In this document: positions 48,910-59,300 of the stretch, one piece after another
How positions within the stretch are numbered: the stretch's first letter is position 1
How the letters are laid out: each line of letters starts with the position of its first letter
Virus record (IMG/VR): IMGVR_UViG_3300042549_005931
Span: 1 to 64,000 of that record
DNA length: 64,000 bases
Strand: one strand, 5' to 3'
Position numbers and translations under genes: made by a program
Notes under the pieces: generated by a model
Seen by the model: only the letters and a program-made list of their open reading frames with translations
Database searches by the model: none
Told to the model about the DNA's origin: nothing

Positions 48910-50445
48910 TTATTGAACATTTTTTATCATCTCAATTAATTTTTTATTATCTATTGATGTTTTCATTGCTTGTTCTACGTTATATCTATATGTTTCCATC
49001 CACATCGAAAAATCACCATCTAATAGGTACGTTTCATTTTCTTTTTTAAATGTTTCTTTTGGTATTAAAGTTTCACAAAGCCCAACACCGACCTCAATAT
49101 AACTAATAATTGGGAATGTATCAACTTTATTTCTATCAAAAATGTTGGGTGTACGTTCTTTCCATGTTTTTAATTTTTTTTCTAATGTTTTAGGTATGAT
49201 TGTACGTTCTTTATACTCTTTCCAAAATGGAGTATCATTTCTTTCAGTTAAATAATGGTAATATAAAAAATCTAAAACACTATCATTAAAATTGTTGAAA
49301 TACTCATTATATTCTTCTCTAAATAAATCAGAGGGATGTGTAAAGTTCATTTTGGTAAGATATGTTAATTGAGATATGGCAATCCATATTGATGTGGCCT
49401 CAATTGGTTCTGTAAATCCCGCACTTAAACCAACAGATATACAATTTTTAACCCACACATCTTTAAATCTACCCGCATTAAAATCAATTACTTTATTAAT
49501 CTTAATTTCTTTACCAACCATTTCTTCCACTTCTTTCTTAGCTTCATCTACACTGATATAATTTTTATCAAAAATATAACCGCAACCATATCTACTTTGT
49601 AAAGGTATTTTCCACATCCAACCATATTTCATGGCAATTGCATCTGTATGTGGTTGTATAATGTCATCTTCTTTATCTAAAAAGAATGGTATCGCACAAT
49701 TGACTTTAAGTTGATTCTCATATGAAATCCACTCACTTTCATAATGCTTACCTATAATTAATCTTTTAAACCCACTACAATCAAAAACAAAATCAATATT
49801 AGATACTGTTATATCCTCAGTTAAGTTGATTGAACATATATTTCCGTTTTTATCATTTTGAATATCTTTTACAGTACCTTCAATTCTTTTTATACCTCTT
49901 TCTTCAGCCTTTTTTCTTAAAAATTTTGCCATTAAAGAAGCATCAAAATGATATGAATAACTTACAACTTTTTTAAATGTGTCATCGATATATAGATAAG
50001 GAGATTTATTATTATATGATAATAAATGAGTGATTAATGTGTTATCTAAATTTTCGTCGTTTGCAATTAAATTTGTAATGGTATAATTTGTTGCGTTAGG
50101 TGTTAAACCAACTGAAATAACATTTCCAGATTTAACAATCTCTTCAAAATTTAATGATTTATCTTCCACACTGAAACCATGCATATATTTTGTACCATCA
50201 CCTCTCCAATTTTCAAAATTAATTCCTAATTTAAATGTGGCATCCGTTTCTTTAATTATTTCTTCTTCACTTATACCCAAGTTATATAGAAAATATGGGA
50301 ATATCGGTACAGAACCTTCACCAGCACCCAAAATACCTATTTCCTCACTTTCAATAAGTGTGATATTATAATCAGGTGCAATTTTGTTTAAATAAAGAGC
50401 GGTTAACCAACCTGCAGTACCACCACCTACTATTACTAATTTCAT
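48910..50445 (-). CDS. Flavin-dependent halogenase (tryptophan-halogenase family)
   Basis: GGGTAGW, GAGEGS, TFKLGINF (catalytic Lys position), DCSGF, GWMWKIP, FTEPIEATSI. Confidence 0.9.
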   Translation of the reverse strand: MKLVIVGGGTAGWLTALYLNKIAPDYNITLIESEEIGILGAGEGSVPIFPYFLYNLGISEEEIIKETDATFKLGINFENWRGDGTKYMHGFSVEDKSLNFEEIVKSGNVISVGLTPNATNYTITNLIANDENLDNTLITHLLSYNNKSPYLYIDDTFKKVVSYSYHFDASLMAKFLRKKAEERGIKRIEGTVKDIQNDKNGNICSINLTEDITVSNIDFVFDCSGFKRLIIGKHYESEWISYENQLKVNCAIPFFLDKEDDIIQPHTDAIAMKYGWMWKIPLQSRYGCGYIFDKNYISVDEAKKEVEEMVGKEIKINKVIDFNAGRFKDVWVKNCISVGLSAGFTEPIEATSIWIAISQLTYLTKMNFTHPSDLFREEYNEYFNNFNDSVLDFLYYHYLTERNDTPFWKEYKERTIIPKTLEKKLKTWKERTPNIFDRNKVDTFPIISYIEVGVGLCETLIPKETFKKENETYLLDGDFSMWMETYRYNVEQAMKTSIDNKKLIEMIKNVQ

Positions 50446-50482
50446 ATGATAAATTATTTACATAATTTAACAAAAAAAATCG

Positions 50483-50836
50483 TTAAATGGAAGGGGTGTT
50501 AGGTGTTGTTGCAGTGGCCCACGGTAATGGTAAATTATATTTACCAATTAATTGTGATTCACTATCTATATTATTTTGTATTTGGGTTTTAAATTCTTCA
50601 ACATTAAGATTATTTTCCAACCATAATATGATAGTTTCTCGAGTTATCCCTGAATAATTAATAAATGTTCCACTATTTGGTGATGGTAAATCTAATTTAC
50701 CCGAAATAAATAAGTCAACACCATCTTCTCTTGTACCTCTATACACATATGTTATTGCACTAATTACATCATTTAAACCATCTAATGATTTTTTTGGATG
50801 TAAATTCATAATTTCCCATTGATATACCATTTCCAT
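50483..50836 (-). CDS. Putative tail-fibre-associated protein
   Basis: Follows the fibre gene; YQWEI..DVI..I.Y, FINYSGIT..II.W, LPLPW. Confidence 0.55.
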   Translation of the reverse strand: MEMVYQWEIMNLHPKKSLDGLNDVISAITYVYRGTREDGVDLFISGKLDLPSPNSGTFINYSGITRETIILWLENNLNVEEFKTQIQNNIDSESQLIGKYNLPLPWATATTPNTPSI

Positions 50837-50837
50837 A

Positions 50838-53800
50838 TTAATCTAAACCTACGTGTTTTTTAATTTTATTTACTTCTTCGGTTAATTCTTTAATTGCCTC
50901 AATTAACAATGGTACAATTTTATCATATTTTACCGTTAAATAGTTTTCACCTGATTTTGATTCCGTTTTCCCATCATCCGTTGTTCCAAAGTCAAACGGC
51001 GCCAAAGTGACAACTTCAGGTAGTACAGATTGTATTTCTTGTGCCGAAACTCCGACTTGTAATTTAGAATCGTTATAACCAAAACTTTTGGCCAAATCAT
51101 TATTAACATAATAGAAACCATTTAATTTGGATACTTTATCCAATGGATTTTCTATCGGTCCTAAATTTTCTTTTAATCTTTCATCTGAATAATACGCAGT
51201 AATATCACTTGTTGCAGCAATTTGATTGGGAACATAAAACGCTTTACCATTATAAACCCTAACCCACGTATTATCTTCCATAAAGATACCACCACCATAT
51301 GTTCCACTAAACCATCCCGAACTACCTTGACTTCTAAACCAGTTTGGTGTATAAACCGTATCAAATGTTGGACCATTGTTGGTATTAACATATTGGTTCA
51401 TGGCAGACGCATAAACGTTTGATGTACCTGAAGGACCTGTTGGCCCTTGAGGACCTGTGTTACCATTAGTACCATTAGTACCTGAAGGTCCTTGTCTACC
51501 TTGTGGACCTACGGGACCTATTGGACCTATCGGTCCTTGTGGACCTGCTCCACCAACGTTACCTGTTGGACCTGTATTTCCTTGATTACCCTGTGGACCA
51601 GCTGGCCCTGTGTTACCTATATTACCCTGTGGACCTACGGGACCTATTGGACCTTGTGGTCCCGTATTTCCATTATTACCCGCAGGTCCTGTATTTCCTT
51701 GATTACCTTGAGGACCAATGTTACCTTGTGGTCCCGTATTTCCATTATTACCCGCAGGTCCTGTATTTCCTTGATTACCTTGTGGCCCGATGTTACCATT
51801 GTTACCAGCAGGTCCCGTATTTCCTTGGTTACCTTGGGGTCCTATGTTACCATTTGTTCCGTTATTACCTGAAGGACCTTGTCTACCTTGCGGACCTACG
51901 GGTCCAATTGGTCCTATATTACCTTGTGGACCTATGTTACCCTGAGGTCCAATTGGTCCAGTGTTTCCTTGATTTCCTTGAGGTCCTGTAGCACCATTGT
52001 TACCATTGTTACCTGCAGGTCCTGTGTTACCTTGATTACCTTGAGGGCCTGTTGGTCCTGTGTTACCCTGATTACCCTGAGCACCATTATTACCATTATT
52101 ACCTGAAGGACCTTGTCTACCTTGAGGGCCTACGGGACCAATTTGGCCAGTATTTCCTTGATTACCCTGTGGACCAGTTGGACCTGTATTTCCTTGGTTA
52201 CCTTGAGCACCGTTGTTACCATTATTACCTGATGGTCCTTGTCTACCTTGAGGGCCTACGGGACCAATTGGGCCAGTATTTCCTTGATTACCTTGAGGAC
52301 CGGTTGGACCTGTATTTCCCTGATTACCTTGTGGGCCAGTTGCACCCGTATTTCCTTGATTACCCTGTGGGCCAGTTGCACCCGTATTTCCTTGATTACC
52401 CTGTGGGCCAGTTGCACCCGTATTTCCTTGATTACCCTGTGGACCTGTAGCACCCGTATTTCCTTGGTTACCTTGGGGTCCTGTTGGTCCTGTATTTCCT
52501 TGGTTACCTTGAGCACCGTTGTTACCATTATTACCTGATGGTCCTTGTCTACCTTGTGGACCGACAGGTCCGATTGGGCCAGTATTTCCCTGATTACCTT
52601 GTGGACCTGTCGGTCCTGTATTTCCTTGGTTACCTTGAGGACCTGTTGGTCCAACATTACCTTGAGAACCCACGTTACCCTGAGCACCAGTATTTCCTTG
52701 ATTTCCTTGTGGACCTAAGTTACCAAATGCACCTTGATTTCCTTGCGGACCTGTTAGTCCTGTATTTCCTTGGTTACCCTGAGGACCTGTTGGTCCGACA
52801 TTACCTTGCGGACCTGTGGCTCCTTGATTACCTTGTGTACCCACATTACCTTGAGGACCAAGATTACCAAACGCACCTTGATTTCCTTGCGGGCCTGTTG
52901 GTCCTGTATTTCCTTGGTTACCCTGAGGACCAGTTGGTCCAACATTACCTTGAGGCCCACTATTTCCTTGATTACCTTGCGGTCCTGATGGACCTGTGTT
53001 TCCTATTGGACCTGTGTTACCCTGATTACCTTGAGGACCTGTTGGTCCTGTGTTACCCTGATTACCTTGTGGACCAGTTGGTCCTGTGTTTCCTTGATTT
53101 CCTTGTGGTCCTATAACACCCTGAGGGCCCGTTGGTCCTTGTGGTCCTGATACATTTGAAGAACCACCAGCAGGACCGGTAGCTCCTTGATTACCTTGAA
53201 AACCTTGAGGACCGGTTGGTCCTGTACCACCTTGATTTCCTTGAAAACCTTGAGGACCAACATTACCATTTAAACCATTATTACCTGCAGGTCCTGTGTT
53301 TCCTTGGTTACCTTGAGGACCGGTTGGTCCTGTTACACCTGTGTTACCCTGATTTCCTTGTGGACCAGTTGGTCCCACGTTACCTTGGGGACCAGTAGCA
53401 CCTTGATTGCCTTGAGTTCCCGCAGGTCCTGTGTTACCTTGATTACCCTGAGGTCCGGTTAAACCAGTATTACCTTGATTACCTTGTGGACCAGTTGGTC
53501 CAACATTACCTTGTGGGCCGACATTTCCTTGATTTCCTTGTGGTCCTGTTAAACCAGTATTTCCTTGATTACCTTGAGCACCTGTTGCACCCACATTACC
53601 CTGATTACCTTGTGGGCCTGTTGGTCCCACGTTACCTTGGGGTCCTGTTGGTCCTTGTGGACCACCCACTAATAAATTTGTGGCAACACCTGCAGCAGTT
53701 TCAGTTAAATCAATATACGCACCTCGAGCGGAACCTCCTTGTTCAAAAATTCTTATTTTATTTTGGTAAGAGTCGATTGTTATACCACTACCTGTAAGTG

Positions 53801-53966
53801 TGGTATTTGTCTCAGGTTTACCTAATAATAATTCTCCACCTTCGTCACCCCCAATTGCGTCTAGTGTTAATTTTCCACCAGCACCACCACCAACCGATAA
53901 AGAACCGGTAATTACAGAATTATTTTTAGCAATGACACCATTGCGTGCCACAAATTCATTTGCCAT
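50838..53966 (-). CDS. Collagen-like fibre protein with C-terminal intramolecular chaperone (peptidase S74)
   Basis: About 250 G-X-Y triplets; WFRSQG..W....YGGGIFM.D.TWVR head motif; YSDERLKEN..GVSAQE..PEVV..YDKIVPLLIEAIKEL. Confidence 0.92.
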   Translation of the reverse strand: MANEFVARNGVIAKNNSVITGSLSVGGGAGGKLTLDAIGGDEGGELLLGKPETNTTLTGSGITIDSYQNKIRIFEQGGSARGAYIDLTETAAGVATNLLVGGPQGPTGPQGNVGPTGPQGNQGNVGATGAQGNQGNTGLTGPQGNQGNVGPQGNVGPTGPQGNQGNTGLTGPQGNQGNTGPAGTQGNQGATGPQGNVGPTGPQGNQGNTGVTGPTGPQGNQGNTGPAGNNGLNGNVGPQGFQGNQGGTGPTGPQGFQGNQGATGPAGGSSNVSGPQGPTGPQGVIGPQGNQGNTGPTGPQGNQGNTGPTGPQGNQGNTGPIGNTGPSGPQGNQGNSGPQGNVGPTGPQGNQGNTGPTGPQGNQGAFGNLGPQGNVGTQGNQGATGPQGNVGPTGPQGNQGNTGLTGPQGNQGAFGNLGPQGNQGNTGAQGNVGSQGNVGPTGPQGNQGNTGPTGPQGNQGNTGPIGPVGPQGRQGPSGNNGNNGAQGNQGNTGPTGPQGNQGNTGATGPQGNQGNTGATGPQGNQGNTGATGPQGNQGNTGATGPQGNQGNTGPTGPQGNQGNTGPIGPVGPQGRQGPSGNNGNNGAQGNQGNTGPTGPQGNQGNTGQIGPVGPQGRQGPSGNNGNNGAQGNQGNTGPTGPQGNQGNTGPAGNNGNNGATGPQGNQGNTGPIGPQGNIGPQGNIGPIGPVGPQGRQGPSGNNGTNGNIGPQGNQGNTGPAGNNGNIGPQGNQGNTGPAGNNGNTGPQGNIGPQGNQGNTGPAGNNGNTGPQGPIGPVGPQGNIGNTGPAGPQGNQGNTGPTGNVGGAGPQGPIGPIGPVGPQGRQGPSGTNGTNGNTGPQGPTGPSGTSNVYASAMNQYVNTNNGPTFDTVYTPNWFRSQGSSGWFSGTYGGGIFMEDNTWVRVYNGKAFYVPNQIAATSDITAYYSDERLKENLGPIENPLDKVSKLNGFYYVNNDLAKSFGYNDSKLQVGVSAQEIQSVLPEVVTLAPFDFGTTDDGKTESKSGENYLTVKYDKIVPLLIEAIKELTEEVNKIKKHVGLD
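51424..53664 (-). repeat. Collagen G-X-Y coding repeat (dominant 36-bp unit encoding GPQGNQGNTGPT/GAT)
   Basis: 9/36-bp periodicity with synonymous variation; one interruption (GGSSNVS) near 53150-53170. Confidence 0.95.
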
Positions 53967-53974
53967 ATATTGTT

Positions 53975-53998
53975 ACTTTAGTTCACTGTCCCTAAAGT
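53975..53998 (-). promoter_or_regulatory. Leader hairpin upstream of the collagen fibre gene
   Basis: 7-bp stem ACTTTAG/CTAAAGT, sense loop GGACAGTGAA, ending 8 nt before ATG 53966. Confidence 0.4.
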
Positions 53999-54054
53999 GA
54001 GGGTTTATTAATTAATAAATATCGGAAAATACATAATTATCTTAATTCAAAATA

Positions 54055-54306
54055 TTAAATGTTATCTATTGATGATGTCCATTCTTCAGTTGATAGTATC
54101 TCTAATATTTCTTCATGTGTATATGGTCCTTCTGTATTCTCTAAAGTAGACATAAATGAAGGTTGTTCACCCGACCATTTTACAAATGTTTTTGAATTAT
54201 CAACTGATTTTCTTACAGTTTCTTCTGAGGTTTCTAATACTTGACTAAAATCAACTTTAGAAAGTTCTGTGATTGGAAAAATGAGGTATTCTCTTGTGCT
54301 GTACAT
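54055..54306 (-). CDS. Small acidic phage protein following the LamG genes
   Basis: VDFSQVLETSEETVRKSVD..KTFVKW..PYTHEEILEIL..EEW. Confidence 0.7.
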   Translation of the reverse strand: MYSTREYLIFPITELSKVDFSQVLETSEETVRKSVDNSKTFVKWSGEQPSFMSTLENTEGPYTHEEILEILSTEEWTSSIDNI

Positions 54307-54307
54307 A

Positions 54308-54985
54308 TTATATTAAATTAAATCTTGATTTTAATGCGTTATAGTTTTGAAGTTGTTCCTCTGCAGATAATTGTCTATTATACATATAAACCGATACCAA
54401 TTTTCCTTGAAATCCTCTACCTGGATATCCACTTGCACCTAAATGATATGCAAAGTTAACAGGAAAATTTACACCTTGATTTGTTCTATATCCACCAAAG
54501 ATATTCCAACCTGAAACTAATGTATTTGAAACTGTTCCATTTCTATAATATGTTGTAGCAGTTCCACTTGCCCAGTTATTTTGGTCTCCAGGATTTGATA
54601 TATTCCAAGGACCGATACCATTTATATTACCAAATCTTAAACTATTATCTTGTGAAACACTATTAGGGGTATCCGCAATTAATCCAGATATACCATTAGC
54701 TTGAGAATGAGTAAAATCCGGTTGAAATACTATGGTAACATCTAAATAATTTTGACTAATTGTAGAAGAAATATAGTTTCCATCACCCGCCGTGGCAAAA
54801 TTAAAATAACTTTTTGGACCATCATTTACAAAAGCCACACTTCCATTTATGGTTCCGTGTGCATTATTTCCTGATAAATCGTACCATGTTGTTCCATTAC
54901 CTGGGTATGAATTTTTATCAGTAGCATCTAACGCTAATATTAACCCATTCGTTACTATTTTTCCATTTGCATATTGTACTGCCAT
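54308..54985 (-). CDS. LamG/ConA-like putative virion protein
   Basis: IVTNGLILALDA..SYPG.GTTWYDLSGN; YNRQLS..E..QNYNALKSRF. Confidence 0.85.
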   Translation of the reverse strand: MAVQYANGKIVTNGLILALDATDKNSYPGNGTTWYDLSGNNAHGTINGSVAFVNDGPKSYFNFATAGDGNYISSTISQNYLDVTIVFQPDFTHSQANGISGLIADTPNSVSQDNSLRFGNINGIGPWNISNPGDQNNWASGTATTYYRNGTVSNTLVSGWNIFGGYRTNQGVNFPVNFAYHLGASGYPGRGFQGKLVSVYMYNRQLSAEEQLQNYNALKSRFNLI

Positions 54986-54991
54986 ATATTT

Positions 54992-55687
54992 TTATCTTAA
55001 TCCAAATCTTGATTTTAATGCGTTATAGTTTTGTTGTACTTCTGTTGCAGATAGTGTTTTGTTGTAAACTTTTGCAGATGCCATTGAGCCAGAAAACCAA
55101 CCACTGCCGAAGTTACTTCGACCCATATTTAAACTAGCCGAAGTTACTAAAGGTGATAGGGCCATTGACCCCGCACCCATTAATACACCATTCACATAAA
55201 CACTTGAGGTTTGGTTAGTATAGTTAAAAGTATTAACAAAATGATACCATGAACCAGTAGTAATTGTTCCTCCACCGATGTCAGTATATGTTGGTGTCCC
55301 ATAAAATGAAGCGTAAATGTTATTTCCTCTAACAGTTATTGAATATGAACCTCCATTGATTGCGGATTGTGCAGAATTAATTAAGGTTCCATTTGAACCT
55401 GTGGTAAAATTTGCCCAAAATTCGGTAGTAAAACTACTACTAATTAAACTAAAATTTGAATTGGGTAAAGTGTTCAACGTAACATAATCATTTGTTCCGT
55501 CAAATACTATTGAACCTCCTTTAGTTGAGTTATAGGTTGGTCCATTGGTCAATGTCCCATTATTTACCTTCCCACTAACGTCTTTCCATGTTAAACTACC
55601 ACTGATATAACTATTTTGGTCACTAGCATCTAAATCTAACACTAAACTTGAATCTCTTACAATGTTTGGTCCTGCAGATATTCCCAT
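54992..55687 (-). CDS. LamG/ConA-like putative virion protein
   Basis: LVLDLDAS..SY, FDGTNDYV, WYHFV, YVNGV, YNKTLS..QNYNALKSRF. Confidence 0.88.
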   Translation of the reverse strand: MGISAGPNIVRDSSLVLDLDASDQNSYISGSLTWKDVSGKVNNGTLTNGPTYNSTKGGSIVFDGTNDYVTLNTLPNSNFSLISSSFTTEFWANFTTGSNGTLINSAQSAINGGSYSITVRGNNIYASFYGTPTYTDIGGGTITTGSWYHFVNTFNYTNQTSSVYVNGVLMGAGSMALSPLVTSASLNMGRSNFGSGWFSGSMASAKVYNKTLSATEVQQNYNALKSRFGLR

Positions 55688-55688
55688 A

Positions 55689-56384
55689 TTATTTTAAATT
55701 AAATCTTGATTTTAATGCGTTATAGTTTTGTTGTATTTCTAATGGTGTGAGCGCCCTATTAAATGTTAAAACATTACCAATATACCCTGCAAATCCGTTC
55801 TGATATCCATATCCAATATTTAATGTATTAGACGTATCTCTAATTCCTGCAGTAGAAAATGTTGTACTTGCAACAGATACTCCATTAACCCAAAGATTAG
55901 ATGCTGTACCGTCAATTGTTAAACCAATTTGTGTCCAAACACCAATTAACCCACCCGGTACAACATATCCACCAACAGCCGACGCAGTTCCCGCCGCATT
56001 TTTTTTATATCCCACAATTGCCGTGGAGTTTGAAGTAACATATAACATATAGTCATAATCGGCGGCTGCATAATTTCCTTTATGTACAATACCCACCGAA
56101 TTACGAGCCGAGGTGGCGTTAATCCACGTCAAAATAGTTAATGAATTTGTCATTGAAACAGAGGTGTTATCCGCAACAGTAACTACGTCATTACTTCCAT
56201 CAAATAATATACTACCACCATTTGTTGAACTATAAGTTGGCCCATTTGTTAATGTACCGGTATTTCCATTACCACTCAAATCGTTCCATACCGTTCCGGT
56301 ACCAGAATAACTATTTCTATCCACAGCATCTAATGATAATATTAAACCACTTGTTACAATTTTAGGACCATTTCCAAATGCCAT
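55689..56384 (-). CDS. LamG/ConA-like putative virion protein
   Basis: Start MAFGNGPKIVTSGLILSLDA (ATG 56384 overlaps the upstream stop); FDGSND, FNRALT..QNYNALKSRF. Confidence 0.88.
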   Translation of the reverse strand: MAFGNGPKIVTSGLILSLDAVDRNSYSGTGTVWNDLSGNGNTGTLTNGPTYSSTNGGSILFDGSNDVVTVADNTSVSMTNSLTILTWINATSARNSVGIVHKGNYAAADYDYMLYVTSNSTAIVGYKKNAAGTASAVGGYVVPGGLIGVWTQIGLTIDGTASNLWVNGVSVASTTFSTAGIRDTSNTLNIGYGYQNGFAGYIGNVLTFNRALTPLEIQQNYNALKSRFNLK

Positions 56385-59300
56385 TATAATAGATTTACAA
56401 AACTTTTTATTGTCCAACCAGTGGTTGGTAACACAGTAGATAATACAACATTTCCCGTACTTAGTGAAGCGGTTAATGCAACGTTGCCTGTTGTTCCAAT
56501 ATCAGTTGTTGAATTTTCTGTATACGTTATTGAATTTCCGTTCCAAACGGCTATTAATTGGCCAGCTCTAGCGTTAGAACCTGATGCCAATGTATAATTG
56601 TAAAATACCGATGTAAATGAACTTGTTGCGTTGGTTGATATTGTTTGGGTACCTGAAGCCAATGACGCAATATTTTGATTTACTAATTGAGATGAACTAA
56701 GAATTATTTGATTAGTTACTCTCAAACTACCACTAATATCCGCCTTATATATTGGTGTTTCTGTACCAAAACCAACCATTGATTGTGAAACAAATAACGC
56801 CTTTTGACCAAATTGTCCTATACGTACTGTATTATCTGAGAATCCTTCCATTAATGGTAGACCCGCAGCAGTATTAACTGAGAATAATGAACCTGATAAT
56901 GAATCATCTATTTGGAATAGACGACCTGAAGTTCCATCCACTGTGAATACACCTGAACCACTACCAATTAACGATGCCGCAACTCCTGAACTTGATACAA
57001 ACAATGAACCTGTTATTGCTTCACTACCACTAATGTTAAGTGAACCTGTAACTTTGTGAATGTCAGTAGAAATGTTACCAATTGTAACACCGGTTTGATT
57101 CACTTGTAATTCGGTAGAACCACCAATTGATACTGCTAAAACACCATTTAATGTTTGACTACCCGATATATTTAAAGAACCTGTAATTTTGTGAGTGTCA
57201 GTAGAAATGTTACCAATTGTAACACCTGTTTGATTAACTTGTAATTCGGTAGAACCGCCAATTGTGACATTTAAATTACCAATTAACGTTTGACTACCTG
57301 AAATATTAACCGAACCCGTGAATTGATGAGTATCATCTATAGTATCACCAAATTTAGTTGAACCTGATGAGAATGATGTGGTTAAATATGTGACAGAAGA
57401 TGAGACAATAAATTGTTGTGCAATTAAATTACCTTGAACGGTTAAATCTCCCGTTATTGTACCACTACCTATAACATTTAATGAACCTGTAAGTGATGAT
57501 GAACCACTTACGTTTAATGAACCGGTAACAGTTTGATTACCGACGAATATATTTGACCCTGTTGTTGCAAACCCAAAGTTACTTATTTGTGAACTACCAC
57601 TTACAATACCTGATGGTATACCTGTTAACCCACTATATATAACTTGTGAAGAACCTGATATTACACCGTCAGAATTTAATTTATTTTTAATAGTCGTATT
57701 GATAGAACTACTAAATGTATTTAAACTACTTGTTACACCTTCAATTGAATCTAATCTATTGTTTTGTCCTAAATTGGTTGATGCCACTGATGATGATAAT
57801 TCACCTATACTTGAACTTAATGAACTACTAAATGTTGAGTATCCTGTTGTTCCTGTAATTTCAATTTGTGAAGAACCTGATACCAATGGTGTTGTTTCCG
57901 AAACTATGGTTCCCGTAACTATTAAAGAACCAGTAATAACTTGAGATTGTTTAAAGTGGTTTGAACCTGTTGTTGCATAACTACCTGTAACACCTTCAAT
58001 TGAATTTAGTCTATTGTTTTGTGCTAAATTGATTGATGCTACTGATGATGATAATTCACCAATACTTGAACTTAACGAACTACTAAATGTTGAATAACCT
58101 GTGGTTCCTGTAATCAATATTTGTGAAGAACCTGATACTAATGTGGGTGTATTTTTAACATTACTAAAATCTATTGAACCGGTAAATGCGTTAGCTACTA
58201 CAGTGCCGCCATTTATTGTAATTACCGTTCCCGACTCACTTATTATCGAATTATCTAAGTGGTCACCACCGACAGATTTTGGAATTCTACCACTAGTCAA
58301 ACTTAGTTCGTCACCCAAAGAACCAGTATTTCTTGGTCCCGCAAGTAACATACCACCTGAATAAGAGCTACCGCTCGCGTTTTGATACACCCAGTGATTA
58401 CGTAAACTATCCCAAGCTAAAGATGCTGTCGCCAAATGTGATAATGAACCCGAATCATAGACTTTTATACCACCAAATCTTTCTGCCGGTTCAAACACAT
58501 TAAGTGATAAAAATGATGAACTAAGTGCAATTTGTGATGAGGTTACAATTAATAAAGACGACGAGCCTAATACTGTTAAATTTTGTGATATTACCAAACT
58601 ACCTGTAATTGTTTGGTCACCAAAAAATGAATTGGAACCCGTTGTAGCATATGGTAAGTCAGTTAATAAATGTCCATTACCTTTAAACGTACCACTAATG
58701 ATACCACCATCATAAACGTATAGATTACTACCACTGTTTAAGATTAATGAACTATTTTCAGTTAATGCCAATGTCGCATCAAATGTTGCAGAACCTGAAG
58801 AAACAATTAATGAACCTGTAATTTGGGTATTTGAATTAATACTTACAGTCGTTCCATCATCACTTATGTTTGAATCAATTATATGATGTTCGTCATCCGC
58901 TTTTGGAATACTATTTGTCGTTAATCCATATTCTTGACCTAAAGACCCCGTATTTCTAGGACCCATGATAAATAACGAAGAACTATATGTATCATGATTT
59001 GGTACAACTTCCACCCATCTATCTTCTAATGTATCCCACGCTAACGATGCGGTTTCATTTACACCCTCATAATCTAAAACTTTTATACCACCAAATCTAC
59101 CTAAAGAACTTGTGGTTGTTACTGTAATCCAGTTATCGTTTACCAATAATGTGGACGCTGTTACATAATTATAATACGCAGTACCTGAAACGGTTAAGTC
59201 ACCCACAATAGTTGCCTCACCTGTAACTTTTAATGTACCGGTAATTTCTGTATTAGTGTTAATTCTTAAACCTTCAGTATTTGAAATAGAAGCAGTTGCA

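Noticed and set aside
51424-53664. 36-bp periodic repeats as a CRISPR array
   Set aside because: No unique spacers; variation is at synonymous positions of an open collagen frame; no cas genes.
51492-53797. Many overlapping ORFs on the + strand and in alternative frames across the collagen gene
   Set aside because: Shadow ORFs created by the G-X-Y codon periodicity.
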